Position numbers and translations under genes: made by a program | Notes under the pieces: model-generated | Told to the model about the DNA's origin: nothing | The model's database searches: none | What the model saw: the letters and a program-made list of their open reading frames with translations, nothing else | NCBI RefSeq assembly: GCF_006345805.1 | Contig: NW_021833885.1 | Location: forward strand, 2,775 to 66,774 | Length of the DNA stretch: 64,000 bases | Origin: Octopus sinensis | Lineage: Eukaryota | Direction: 5' to 3' | In this document: positions 26,491 to 39,533 of the stretch, piece by piece | Position numbering within the stretch: position 1 is the stretch's first letter | Layout: every line of letters begins with the position of its first letter

Positions 26491-27473
26491 TGGAACAATG
26501 GGTTCCATATATGTAAGCTGGGTAGATAGTGTGTTTCACTTAGTAGAAGTGCTGAGCTTTCAATTTGTTTATTTCATTAGACCGGATAAAGAACAGCAGG
26601 ACTTCCCTTTCCAATGTATCTTCTTTTAATCGTTACAAAGAAGCGAAGCCAGCTTTCAATGGTATTTCAACAATCCCCATAGGGTACTAATAAAACAAAG
26701 GAAATTCAAGTTCACTTGTAAACTATATCCCGTCTTAATCAAAATATCAACTGAAGGCTTATCTCTTATTCTTTTATTCTTGAAATATTTTTGGCACTTG
26801 ACTTGACAGGTGACAGTATAACTCACATTATAAGTGAAGGAAAATTAATTCCGCAAGACATCATTCACCAAAAGAAGTAACGAATTCCATAGAGGAAAAT
26901 GTTTACGTCTTTAAAATATAACATTGCTGTGGAATAATTACGCAATTAAGATGCCAAGTTGAAAGTAGAGCACGCCTTAATAACTGGATGATTATTATTT
27001 CGGAACACTTTCATGCGTTTTCTGAAGCTTTCTAACGCAACTATGTCTTCTCCAATTGTATTGCAGTCTACTTATAGACAACCGGTAATTATTCATAATA
27101 TTGATTGCATCTAAAAAGAAGATGCTTCTCTATCATTCGCCTTTGGTGAATGTAGCTTTAACCAGACGGAATTTATGACATTAGCTGGTACCCAAAAGCC
27201 ATTGGGTGTTAAGACCCTGAACCGTAAAACCAAATGGCTTTTGAAGGCTCGGTAGTGGTGGCCCAATCACTGCTCATTCCCTTTTGGCTTCCAGCTTAGC
27301 TCCTGCCTTTTGTTCCATATCTGGTATGAGGAACTTTCTACTGTCTTTCCCACCCATTGCACAGCTACCTTTCTCTATTTTCCTCTCATTTCAATGGTTT
27401 ATAAGCATTCTTCATACTGACTGGAGAAGGAACCCTCAACAGCCAACCATTACTAGGGATAGCAACGACTACC

Positions 27474-27706
27474 TATTTCTTTACTACCCACAAGGGGCTA
27501 AACACAGAGAGGACAAACAAGGACAGACACACGGATTAAGTCGAGTATATCGACCCCAGTGCGTAACTGGTACTTATTTAATCGACCCCGAAAGGATGAA
27601 AGGCAAAGTCAACCTCGGCGGAATTTGAACTCAGAACGTAACGGCAGACGAAATGCGGCTACGTATTTCGCCCGGCGTGCTAACGTTTCTGCCAGCTCGC
27701 CGCCTT
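27474..27706 (-). mobile_element. SINE family B, 9-bp TSD
   Basis: TSD ACGACTACC at 27465-27473 and 27707-27715. Confidence 0.9.
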
Positions 27707-28565
27707 ACGACTACCGTTTCTTCTCCCTGCAATCCTGCAAAAGGTTCTGGTATTCGGCGTGCTTCCACACAAAGGCTTGAAGGCACCTTTCTTTCCGCGA
27801 GACTGTAAGTGCAATCAGGATTGCCTTTTTTGTTCTTTTAGAAACCATAAACTACGTCTGATAGTATTACAATTCAATGTAATAGTTTACCAAGTTCAAC
27901 AATGTTCAATTTGATCGATATTAATAAACAATTCGTATCGTTGATTAGATGTCTTTATAACGAACCAATCATTACTTCGCTGTATTTCCGACAAGAACAA
28001 GTGAGTATCTGTAATTCGATGCAGACAGAAATATCTCAAGGGATTCCAATTATAAAGCAGTAGCTTTGGCGTTTTCTCTCCGATGATTATAGCTTTTGTC
28101 GATAAAAATCAGCGAAGGCAACATAAGCAAAAACACACTTAAATACACACACAAACACACAAACTCAAATATGAATAAGAAGCAGTGCTAGTGTTCTAAA
28201 CATTATCGAATATACATACTCAGTATACTCGCTTTGCTTGTTCGCTGGTAGGTTGCAAAATGATGCGGTGGAAATGACTCTCTCAAAACGCCGGGTGTTA
28301 AAAGACCTGAAAATCATGTACAGGCGAGACAACTCACCCCAAATCTCACCGAAGTGCGATGGTCAGCGATGTTTGGCCAATTTTGTGGCTTATCAACACC
28401 ACGTACCTGAACCGAACCGGAAGCGAACTGAATAGTCTGTCCATGACTATAGGCAAGATAGTGTGTATGCATACGTAGGAATAAATTCAAAGAGAATTTA
28501 GATATGCGCGTGCGCATGTGTATAATTCTATGTATGTATTCTTTTATTGTTTTATTTATTCCAGG

Positions 28566-28995
28566 CATTTGACTTTGGCCATGCTGGAGTTTTGCATTGA
28601 GGGGGTTTTAGTCGAAAAAACGACCGCAGGACTTATTCGTTAAGTCTAGTACTTTTTCTATTAGTCTCTTTGCCGAACTGCTCAGTTACGGGGACGTAAG
28701 CACACCAACATGTTTGTCAAGCGGTGATGGGAGACAAACACAGACACAAAGAATCAACCACGTACATACATACATACATACATACATACATACATACATA
28801 CATACATACATACATACACACACATATGCATACGACAGACTTCTTTCAGTTTCCATCAACCAAATCCGCTCACAAGGCTTTGGTCGGCCTGAGGCTATAG
28901 TAGAAGACACTTGCCCAAAGAACCAGGCAGTGGGACTGAATCCCGATACATGAGGTTGGGAAGCAAGCTTCTTACCACACAGCCACACCTGTGCC
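28566..28995 (-). mobile_element. SINE family A, diverged; internal (TACA)n
   Basis: Same modules as 12461-12873. Confidence 0.8.
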
Positions 28996-29304
28996 TTGTA
29001 TGCATGCATGCATGCATGCATGTATGTATGTATGTATGTATGTATGTATGTATGTATGTATATAATATAGCATGAACAGGATAAACTACCCCTATTTTGC
29101 AGAAAAATGTTTTGGCGGCCAGCCATGAGACTTGAACTCACACGGCTGTCCGCCAAATTTTTTTCTGCAAAACAGAGGTAGCTTATCCTGTTCATGCTAT
29201 ATTATTAGCATTATCCTGTGTTTGAGAATAAAAAAAATTACTTAACTTTCTAAGACATCTCAACGCTTCTAAAGCAAACTTTACTTTCATCATAATTTGA
29301 ATTT

Positions 29305-29651
29305 ATGTATGTATGTATGTATGTATGTATGTATGTATGTATGTATGTATGTGTGTATGTATGTATGTATGTATGTGTGTATGTATGTATGTATGTGTGT
29401 ATGTATACATGCATGTATGTATGTATGTATGTATGTATGTATGTATGTATGTATGTATGTATTATGTGTGTATGTATGTATGTATGTATGTGTGTATGTA
29501 TGTATGTGTGTATGTATGTATGTATGTGTGTATGTATGTATGTATGTGTGTATGTATGTATGCATGTATGTATGTATGTATGTGTGTATGTATGTGTGTA
29601 TGTATGTATGTATGTATGTATGTGTGTATGTATGTATGTATGTATGTATGT
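29305..29651. repeat. (TATG)n microsatellite
   Basis: Direct reading. Confidence 0.95.
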
Positions 29652-29652
29652 A

Positions 29653-29860
29653 AAGGGAAAGTTTACGAAAATAAACAAAAGACGAAGGCAGGTGGAGTAC
29701 AAACAAACAAACGTATTAGTATAACGCTCAGGAATAGAAAAAGTCTTTTACGTTTCGAGCCTACGCTCTTCGACAGAAAGATACACAGGAAAAAAAAACA
29801 AGGAGAGAAACAAGGAGAGACAAAAAAATGCGTGTAGGAGCTAACGATCTATCATGGCGT
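29653..29860 (-). mobile_element. Repeat family D, small non-autonomous element (Penelope-like pLTR?) with hammerhead-like motif
   Basis: Same ~200-nt sequence at 36170-36340 (inverted) and 59015-59210; always next to TA/TATG tracts. Confidence 0.65.
29744..29781 (-). ncRNA. Variant minimal hammerhead-like motif (CUGUCGA core)
   Basis: UCUUU CUGUCGA A GAGC GUAG GCUC GAAAC GUA AAAGA. Confidence 0.6.
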
Positions 29861-29862
29861 CC

Positions 29863-29893
<31 letters not shown>

Positions 29894-30415
29894 TGTATGT
29901 ATGTATGTATGTATGTGTCTGTCTCTTGTGTTTGTACCTCATCACTTACAACCAGTTGATTCTTTGTTCACGTTTCTGTAAACTAGCGCTTTGTCAAAAG
30001 TCATCGCTAATAGAACAAGCACCTGACTTAAGAACTATGTACTGATGTCGTTTCGTACAATTACAACCTATCAAACAGTGCCCCAGCATGGTTACAGACC
30101 AGTGTCTGAAACAAGTAAAAGATGAAAGATAAAATATAGGAAACTTGCAAAATTCCTGTTTATTCCAAACAACATTAGCAGTTTAAATGACGTGAATTTG
30201 CATAAATGAACGACCAAAACCAGGATGCGATCTCAGTTTGCCAGCAGCTGACCTTTGGGTCTACAGTATTCACCACAATGAAAGCAAGTGACTCGGTGAA
30301 AATTGCTAATTCGAACAAATCCATCATAGTCTTTTTCAGAGTCTCTTTTTCTTTCTTTTTTTTTCTGGTGGTGGTGGTGGGGTGGCATCTTTTCCGAGGG
30401 ACTGAAAGTAAAAAT

Positions 30416-30418
30416 ATG

Positions 30419-30450
<32 letters not shown>

Positions 30451-30771
30451 TAATGATAATAATAATGATGATGATGATGATGATGATGTTGATGATGATG
30501 ATGATGATAATAATAATAATAATAATAATAGTAGTAATAATAATAATAATAATAATAATAGTAATAATTATAATAGTAATAGTAATAATAATAGTAATAA
30601 TAATAATAATAATAATAATATAATAATATAATAATGATAATAATAATGATGATGATGATGATGATGATGTTGATGATGATGATGATGATAATAATAATAA
30701 TAATAATAATAGTAGTAATAATAATAATAATAATAATAATAGTAATAATTATAATAGTAATAGTAATAATA

Positions 30772-30826
<55 letters not shown>

Positions 30827-30827
30827 T
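30416..30827. repeat. Compound (AAT)/(GAT) microsatellite with internal 181-bp duplication
   Basis: Unique interruptions GTT (30488, 30669) and AATTA (30566, 30747) recur with a 181-bp period. Confidence 0.9.
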
Positions 30828-31259
30828 GAAGAGCTGATCCTTCCGAGGGCTTCATAATGTGCAAGTACTGATTAATGTTTTTAATAAATGGTTCCACTGT
30901 GGAAATTAGATGTGAGATTGCAAAATTTAATTTCCGTTTTTTTCTTTGTTTTCTTTCTTTCTTTTCTTTTTTGTTGAAAGAGTTTGCTTGGAGAGAGAGC
31001 CCGAGAGAGCGTGAGAGAGGTGGGAGAAGGAGAGAGAGATAGAGAAAGAGAGACAAAGACAGATAGACAGAGGCAGAGACGGCGGTGGGGCAGAAAGACG
31101 GAACACAGAATCGAGAGATTGAAAAGTGGGGAAGAAAAATATACAATGGAAGAAAGGAAGAAAGATCCAAACCAAAGCACCGTTGGATGGAGACGGAATG
31201 AGAAAAAAGGAAGACGGTAGCTGAGAAAGAGAAAGAGAGGCGATAAGAAATATAGTCAA

Positions 31260-31632
31260 CTAGCAGTATTGCCCGGCGTTGCTCGGGTTTGTAAGGGAAA
31301 TAACTATATAAGCATTTTTAGAGAGTTATAGCCAAAAAATAGCAAAAAAATGCATTGAAAATGGAAAAAAAATTATGGTAAATTTTTTTTTAAATCGTTG
31401 ACTCATCGTAGACATTTTTAGAGAGTTACTTCCCTTAAATAATAGCGAAAAAATGCATTAAAATGGAAAAAAATGATGGTAATTTTTTTTTTTGATCGTA
31501 GACTCATCATAGACGCATGCTAATACCCACAAGGGCTCGATATGAATCACGACTATAAGATACCCGCTTTTGGTTAAACTGCACCGCAAAATGTGGGAGA
31601 CAGACACACAACCTCTCTTTTATATATAAAGA
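31260..31632 (-). mobile_element. Complete non-autonomous Helitron
   Basis: Minus strand reads A|TCTTTATATATA...CCCGAGCAACGCCGGG hairpin...CTAG|T: TC start, CTAG end, AT target, no TSD; internal 100-bp duplication. Confidence 0.85.
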
Positions 31633-31949
31633 TGAAGGAGAGTGAAAGTGTGTATTTGTGAGAGAGGGGTATGTGAAAGAGAGAAGAAATGAGAAAAGAG
31701 AGACCAAGAGGAAGGGAAATAAGTGTTTATAAAAGTAGGAGTGAATAAAAGAGAAACAGAGACATTTAAGGTTAGAAACTGGGAGACTGAGACACGCTGC
31801 AGACGAAGGGAGAAAAAGCGATAGAAATTACCCTGGGTTACAAATTTTCACAAAAGTTTTGGGTGTCTTATTGTATTGAGTAATCTTAATGCAGAATTTT
31901 GTGCTGATTCCCAAAATGTGTTTCTTTTTTTCTCTATCATCGACCGTTT

Positions 31950-32118
31950 GCGAGGAGTGGCTGTGTGGTAAGTAGCTTGCTAACCAGCCACATGGTTCCG
32001 GGTTCAGTCCCACTGCGTGGCATCTTGGGCAAGTGTCTTCTACTATAGCCCCGGGCCGACCAATGCCTTGTGAGTGGATTTGGTAGACGGAAACTGAAAG
32101 AAGCCTGTCGTATATATG

Positions 32119-32159
<41 letters not shown>

Positions 32160-32372
32160 TTGTGTCTGTGTTTGTCCCCTTAGCATTGCTTGATAACCGA
32201 TGCTGGTGTGTTTACGTCCACGTCACTTAGCGGTTCGGCAAAGGAGACCGATAGAATAAGTACTGGGCTTACAAAGAATATGTCCCGGGGTCGATTTGCT
32301 CGACAAAAGGCGGTGCTCCAGCATGGCCGCAGTCAAATGACTGAAATAAGTAAAAGAGAGAGTAAAAAGAGT
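31950..32372 (+). mobile_element. SINE family A, full length
   Basis: Head, internal microsatellite, tail. Confidence 0.9.
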
Positions 32373-32627
32373 ATATATCGAATTATGCTAAAATACACAT
32401 ATCATCATACATCACACATACATCATACATCATATGCCTCAGTGCTCTCGTAGCTACCATAGCTAGTGAAAGGACGTGTTGCGCTTTTGTCTCTCATCCC
32501 TCCATCTTTTCTCCGGCGTTCCATTTGGTTTTGGGACTATACCTGTTTGATCACGAGCACTGTACGTTTGTCACTTAAATCTCTTTCTTTTTCAGGTTTT
32601 TACTGTAAACATTGAATTTTCCTGATC

Positions 32628-33690
32628 ATGGCTACAAAAGGATGCAGAAATTCACCAGATATATTCTGTTATGTGTGTGGATACTATGTTGGAAGAAAGC
32701 ACGTGGCATATAAAATTGTTAAAGGTGCTAAGTACTAGATTGCTTATAGACTGTATTTTGGAGTGAGTATGGGTGACCAAGGAAAACCATGGGCCCCTCA
32801 TACGATATGTGGAACGTGTAGATCAAATTTAGATGGATGGCTTAGAGAATGAAATGCCTTTTGCTGTTCCGAGAGTTTGGCAAGAGCTAAAAAAGTATCA
32901 CGATGATTGATATATCAAAATACAGAAGATTTAAAGGAAGGAAAGCCCTTACGTATCCCAGTATTCGACACTCCACTGCACCTGTGCTACATGATGATAA
33001 CTTACCGGTTCCATGGCCACCAGAAAATGTTAGCATATTCAATCAAAATTTAATTTGCATTCGTGGTAACAAAATTAATATTGAAATAATATGTGATTAC
33101 ACAAAAAATTCTTATTAAGGTTTCAACTATTATATGCAACCTTTTAAATTTTACAGGTAGAGGATATGATGGAGGTTTCAGCAGAAGAGTCTGAAGGTGG
33201 CGACAACGAAGAAATGGATTAAGCACTTGAGCCAGGAACGAACACCTGCCCACACTTTCCAACTCAATGTGAACTGGATGATCGCATTAGCTTTTAGCAT
33301 CTAGGATGAATGAATGGAATCCTTTGGAGAAGGACTTCAGATTAACAGCATACAGGAGGCGCCATGAGGAATTCGAAGTATATTTAGACATAAGTGAGGA
33401 TCTCTACTTCTGCAAAGATATAAATGGCTTTACAGCTATTGGAATTGATCACAACCCTTGAAGAATGGAGACTTTTCATAGCTCAAGAAAAAGCCTCAAA
33501 TCTGTTTTATTACACAATGGAAATCAGCATCCATCCCTGCCTATTGCATACTCGATACAGATGAAGGAAGAATACGACAATGAAAAAGAGCCTCTTGAGA
33601 AAGTAAATTGCGACAAGTTTAAATGGGATGTTTGTGGTGACTTTAAAATGCTTGCGTTCTTATTTGGATTACAGAGTGGGTACACTAAGT
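32628..33690 (+). pseudogene. Chapaev3-like (CMC superfamily) transposase relic, N-terminal half
   Basis: MATKGCRNSPDIFCYVCG...YFGVSMGDQGKPWAPHTICGTC...MPFAVPRVW...; SSRKSLKSVLLHNGNQHPSLPIA...WDVCGDFKMLAFLFGLQSGYTK; stops and frameshifts. Confidence 0.85.
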
Positions 33691-33889
33691 TGAATGAAGT
33701 ACTATCGCAGCTAAATTTTGCTCCCATTCTCTAGAAAACCGCAATTATCTCCTTAGATATTGATGCTATGCAATTTTCAAGGGTAGTTTTGAAATCAAGA
33801 GAAAAAATTACTTTGGAAACAGTAAAAACATTTAGAAAAGCAAAACTTGTGTTACCCAATGTTATCATCAAAGTAAATGAAAATGTGAG

Positions 33890-33979
33890 AAATAAATCAA
33901 GAGAGAGAGAGAGGGGGGAGGGAGGAGAAGGAAGTTATGAAAAACATGGTGTATGTCAGAGAAAATGGAGGGAGAAAAC

Positions 33980-34010
<31 letters not shown>

Positions 34011-34365
34011 CTTCAGATGGCAAGAAAGATGGATTGAGAGAATGAAACGAAAAAAGGAATAGAGTAATTGAAAGAGAAACCTATGAGGTGAAAGAAAACA
34101 CATCAAGATAAAGAGAAAGCATAAAGGAAGAGAAACAGTGACAAAGAGAAGTAACATAAAAAGAATGTGAGAGATTTTAGGAGAGGAAAAGAGAGAGGAA
34201 GAAGCAGTGGTAAAGAGAGGGCGAGAAAGAGAGAGAAAGAGAATAAATGAATGAAAGTAAGGAAACTGTGGTGAAAAACTAGATAGAAAAACTAGAGGAA
34301 AGAATGAGTAAGTGGCATGAGAAAGGAGAGAAAAAAAAAACCACCATGAAAAAGAAAATGGCATA
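33890..34365. repeat. Purine-rich (GA) low-complexity tract
   Basis: Direct reading. Confidence 0.85.
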
Positions 34366-35293
34366 ATTAGGTTTATATGTATAACATAGGGAGGAAAGGG
34401 TTGGTCAGCACTTTCCCCACCCGCAGCCTTCTATGTATTAATCAATGCACTTGATGATGATGTCACGCTGAGAAATGCATGCTAAAGGACTTGTTGGCTT
34501 GTTGCATTCATCTTTTCATTGAAATGTAGTGTTGCATCTTTTGAACGGATGTTCGTAATCGAGTATACCCTCCACCACAATCCGCCAGTTTGCTCTCTCT
34601 CTCTCTCTCTCTCTCAGCTCTCTCGTTCTTCTCTCTCAGCTCTCCCCCTCTCTCTCTCTCTTAGATGCATCCACTCTTTCTCCCTTTATTTGTCTATCAT
34701 TCTCTCATGCACTTGACTTAATTTAGAGGTCCTTAAACATTCCTTCAAGTGGCAGACTATAATAACGCGATGAACGCTACAGGTCTTCCATAGAATATTG
34801 TTGCTTTGTCGTTCATTTTCACTTGTTCTGTACTGCACCGCGCTCAGTGACAGACATAATACTTACACACACACACGCATACACACACACACACACACAC
34901 ACACCACACACACACACACACACACGAACGTATGCACTCACACACGAACGCACATGCATGCATGCATGAACGCACACACTCACACACGAACGCACGCACA
35001 CACACATACACACACACGGGCATGCACGCACTCACAACGAACGCACACACACAAAGACACATGAATATATATGCATGATATGTATATATACATATGTATA
35101 TATATATATATATGTACATACATTAATACATATATATATATATGATATATATATACATATATACATACATATATATATAATATATACATGCATATATATA
35201 TATATATATATATTTGCATGTATACTTAGATATACACATAATATATGTGTATGTATATATGTAGTGTATATATATATGTGTAATATATATATA

Positions 35294-35341
<48 letters not shown>

Positions 35342-35939
35342 TATAATATATATACACACAAACACACACATATATAGTGAGTGAAAGAGAGATACACATA
35401 CATGCATATATAATCATTCTATCTTGCCCACCCCATTTATGAGCCACCATTTGCAATCTTTTTTCTTTCCCCATCGCCCATAGAGGAGCAAGGGTATGTT
35501 TCAATCGCTCTCCAGCTCCTCTCCACTCATACGACTTATTGATTCACTGTTGAAAATCATATTTTGGGAGTGAAGTGGAAAGATTAGGACAATTGCTTGT
35601 GTTTTTATTATATTTTATTTTATTGTGAATTTTTGGTGTTTTTCTTTTCGTTTTCTGTCGGGGAAAGGGTTATTCATCTGAAACATGCACTTTTAGCCAA
35701 TTAACTTTATCATAATTTCTCTCTCTCTCTGTAACCACTTCTTTTCTGATTTCATATTCTGTAGGGATTTTTAATTGAAAATATGACATAGAGGATATTA
35801 ATTCGTATGTATATACATACTACACATACATACATACATACGTACATACATACATACATACATACATACATACATACATACATACATACATACATACATA
35901 CATACAAACACGCATACATACATGCATGTATATATATAT

Positions 35940-36159
35940 ATTTCTTTACTACCCACAAGGGGCTAAACACAGAGAGGACAAACAAACGGATTAAGTCGAT
36001 TATATCGACCCCAGTGCGTAACTGGTACTTATTTAATCGACCCCGAAAGGATGAAAGGTAAAGTCGACCTCGGCGGAATTTGAACTCACAACGTAGCGGC
36101 AGACGAAATACGGCTACGCATTTCGCCCGGCGTGCTAACGTCTCTGCCAGCTCGCCGCC
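35940..36159 (-). mobile_element. SINE family B, full length
   Basis: Head GGCGGCGAGCTGGCAG, core and tail. Confidence 0.9.
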
Positions 36160-36169
36160 TTTATTATAT

Positions 36170-36340
36170 ATATATGTGTGTATCTCCGTGTTTTTTTTCT
36201 GTGTATCTTTCTGTTGAAGAGCGTAGGCTCGAAACGTAAAAGATTTGTTTTATCTATATTCCTGAGCGCCATACTAATACAATTGTTTGTTTGTATTCCA
36301 CCTGCCTTCGTCTTTTGTTTATTTTCATAAAGCTTCCCGT
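36170..36340 (+). mobile_element. Repeat family D copy
   Basis: Reverse complement of 29653-29810. Confidence 0.7.
36205..36244 (+). ncRNA. Variant minimal hammerhead-like motif (CUGUUGA core)
   Basis: AUCUUU CUGUUGA A GAGC GUAG GCUC GAAAC GUA AAAGAU: perfect 6-bp stem I. Confidence 0.65.
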
Positions 36341-36687
36341 TATATATATATATATATATATATATATACAAACAGGCATACATACATGCATATATGTATG
36401 TGTGTATGTGTATATATGCTTTGAATATCTCTGGAGGTATATCCAACTGTGGTGCCATTGCAAGAACAGATTCTTGAGTATCACAGCCCTGCGTAAAACC
36501 AAAGCCTTTGTTCTTCTGTCAGCAATCCATCCCGAGGTGATATCCTCCAGCTCCGAAAATAGCGATTGTTGACCTGATCCACACTTGCGCTTCTTAGCAC
36601 TTACATCGCCTACTTGTCTGTTGAGATTATCGTACTCTGCTCGCGATTTTCGAACCATTCGGAGATTCAAAATCTCTTTACAGAGAG

Positions 36688-37096
36688 CTCTTTTACTCTT
36701 TTACTTGTTTCAGTCATTTGGCTGCGGCCATGCTGGAGCACCGCCTTTAGTCGAGTAAATCGACCCCGGAACTTATTCTTTGTAAGCCCAGTACTTATTC
36801 TATCGGTCTCTTTTGCCGAACCGCTAGGTTACGGGGACGTAAACACACCAGTATTGGTTGTCAAGCAATGCTAGGGGGACAAACACAGACACACAAACAC
36901 ACACACATACATATATATATATATACATATATACGACAGGCTTCTTTCAGTTTCCGTCTACCAAATCCACTCACAAGGCATTGGTCAGCCCGGGGCTATA
37001 GCAGAAGACACTTGCCCAAGATGCCACGCAGTGGGACTGAACCCGGAACCATGTGGCTGGTTAGCAAGCTACTTACCACACAGCCACTCCTGCGCC
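36688..37096 (-). mobile_element. SINE family A, full length
   Basis: Head, internal microsatellite, tail. Confidence 0.9.
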
Positions 37097-37339
37097 TATG
37101 TGATGTTTGATTCTTGTAAGATTCTTGTTATGTGTAAGATGTAAGATTCTTGTTATGTGACTCTTCCACAGTTCTTATACTTCACAGAATAACTCTTTCT
37201 TTTTGCACTCATCTTGCCTAGGGGACAATGGAGTCAACTCCGTGCATGAGCGCTTAGCGCAGACTTTAGCCAAGATGCGGTAGTTGGTTTATTTTGCAAA
37301 CATCACATAGTCTTGCTAATAAGCTGATGCATTTTTGAT

Positions 37340-37422
37340 TAGGTCTTATTTTCGGGTTAGGGTTTATACTAAAAACATACTGAAAAATCATGGTAGGGCT
37401 TATTTTCGGGAAAACACGGTAT
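37340..37422. mobile_element. Solo right end of a pogo/TcMar-like DNA element
   Basis: CTTATTTTCGGGAAAACACGG followed by TA; partner TIR not found. Confidence 0.45.
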
Positions 37423-37500
37423 ACACAGTTTCTTTTCTCTATCCCAAATTACTATATCAGTTCTATGTATGTAACATGCGTATGTATGTATATATATGTT

Positions 37501-37550
<50 letters not shown>

Positions 37551-37555
<5 letters not shown>

Positions 37556-38394
37556 AATTAGAGATAAAACCACTATTATGCAACTCAAACAGTGATAGAC
37601 ATAAACCAATACATAAATAACATATAATATACTCTTTTTTTTTACTCTTTTACTTGTTTCAGTCATTTGACTGTGGCCATGCTGGAGCACCACCTTTTAG
37701 TCGAGCAAATCAACCCCAGGACTTATTCTTTGTAAGCCTAGTACTTATTCTATCGGTCTCTTTTTGCCGAACCGCTAAGTAACGGGGACATAAACACACC
37801 AGCATCGGTTGTCAAGCGATACAGACACACAAACACGTACACAAATATATATACATATATATATATATATATACGACGGGATTCTTTCAGTTTCCGTCTA
37901 CCAAATCCACTCACAAGGCTTTGGTCGGTCCGAGGCTATAGTAGAAGACACTTACCCAAGGTGCCATGCAGTGGGAATGAACCCGGTGCCATGTGGTTGG
38001 TAAGCAAGCTACTTACCACACAGCCACTCCTACGCCTTTATATATATATAAAAAATTTTTATATATAACTTATAACTAGATCTCAAAAAGTATAAAATGA
38101 ATGATAAATATATAATATAATATTAAAAAAATTATATATATATTATTTGTTATTTATGTATTGTTTTCTGTCTATCACTGTTGAGTTTGTTGGTGATAAC
38201 AATACTCGCAAATAAAATACAGACTGGAGTTGTAGTTCTCCAAGTGAGCTATATTCCACTTAATAATTTCATTGGAGGCAATGCAAGTTTCCTCTAGTTT
38301 CCGCTTGCATTGCCTCCATTGAAATTATTAAGCGGTATATATGTATGTATGTATATATATATATTATATATATATTATATATATCTATATAATA

Positions 38395-38436
<42 letters not shown>

Positions 38437-39224
38437 AATTAGAGATAAAACCACTATTATGCAACTCAAACAGTGATAGACATAACCAATACATAAATAA
38501 CATATAATATACTCTTTTTTTTACTCTTTTACTTGTTTCAGTCATTTGACTGTGGCCATGCTGGAGCACCACCTTTTAGTCGAGCAATCAACCCCAGGAC
38601 TTATTCTTTGTAAGCCTAGTACTTATTCTATCGGTCTCTTTTTGCCGAACCGCTAAGTAACGGGGACATAAACACACCAGCATCGGTTGTCAAGCGATAC
38701 AGACACACAAACACGTACACAAATATATATACATATATATATATATATACGACGGGATTCTTTCAGTTTCCGTCTACCAAATCCACTCACAAGGCTTTGG
38801 TCGGTCCGAGGCTATAGTAGAAGACACTTACCCAAGGTGCCATGCAGTGGGAATGAACCCGGTGCCATGTGGTTGGTAAGCAAGCTACTTACCACACAGC
38901 CACTCCTACGCCTTTATATATATATAAAAATTTTTTATATATAACTTATAACTAGATCTCAAAAAGTATAAAATGAATGATAAATATATAATATAATATT
39001 AAAAAAATTATATATATATTATTTGTTATTTATGTATTGTTTTCTGTCTATCACTGTTTGAGTTTGTTGGTGATAACAATACTCGCAAATAAAATACAGA
39101 CTGGAGTTGTAGTTCTCCAAGTGAGCTATATTCCACTTAATAATTTCATTGGAGGCAATGCAAGTTTCCTCTAGTTTCCGCTTGCATTGCCTCCATTGAA
39201 ATTATTAAGCGGTATATATGTATG

Positions 39225-39240
<16 letters not shown>
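37551..39240. repeat. Near-identical 881-bp tandem duplication, each unit containing a family A SINE (37630-38036, 38510-38912; minus strand)
   Basis: ATATAAATTAGAG at 37551 and 38432; units differ almost only by 1-nt indels. Confidence 0.9.
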
Positions 39241-39301
<61 letters not shown>

Positions 39302-39414
39302 AATATATATACATATATATATATACATATATATATACAACATATATACATATATATATATATATAATATGTTTATAGAAATGTTATATGTCTATTACAT
39401 ACACTCACACACGC

Positions 39415-39437
39415 ATATCTATCTCTCTATCAATCTG

Positions 39438-39533
<96 letters not shown>

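Noticed and set aside
26103-26520. Permuted A-B-SINE-B-A flanks suggesting unusual integration
   Set aside because: Explained by a pre-existing short duplication plus an ordinary ATGGAACAAT TSD.
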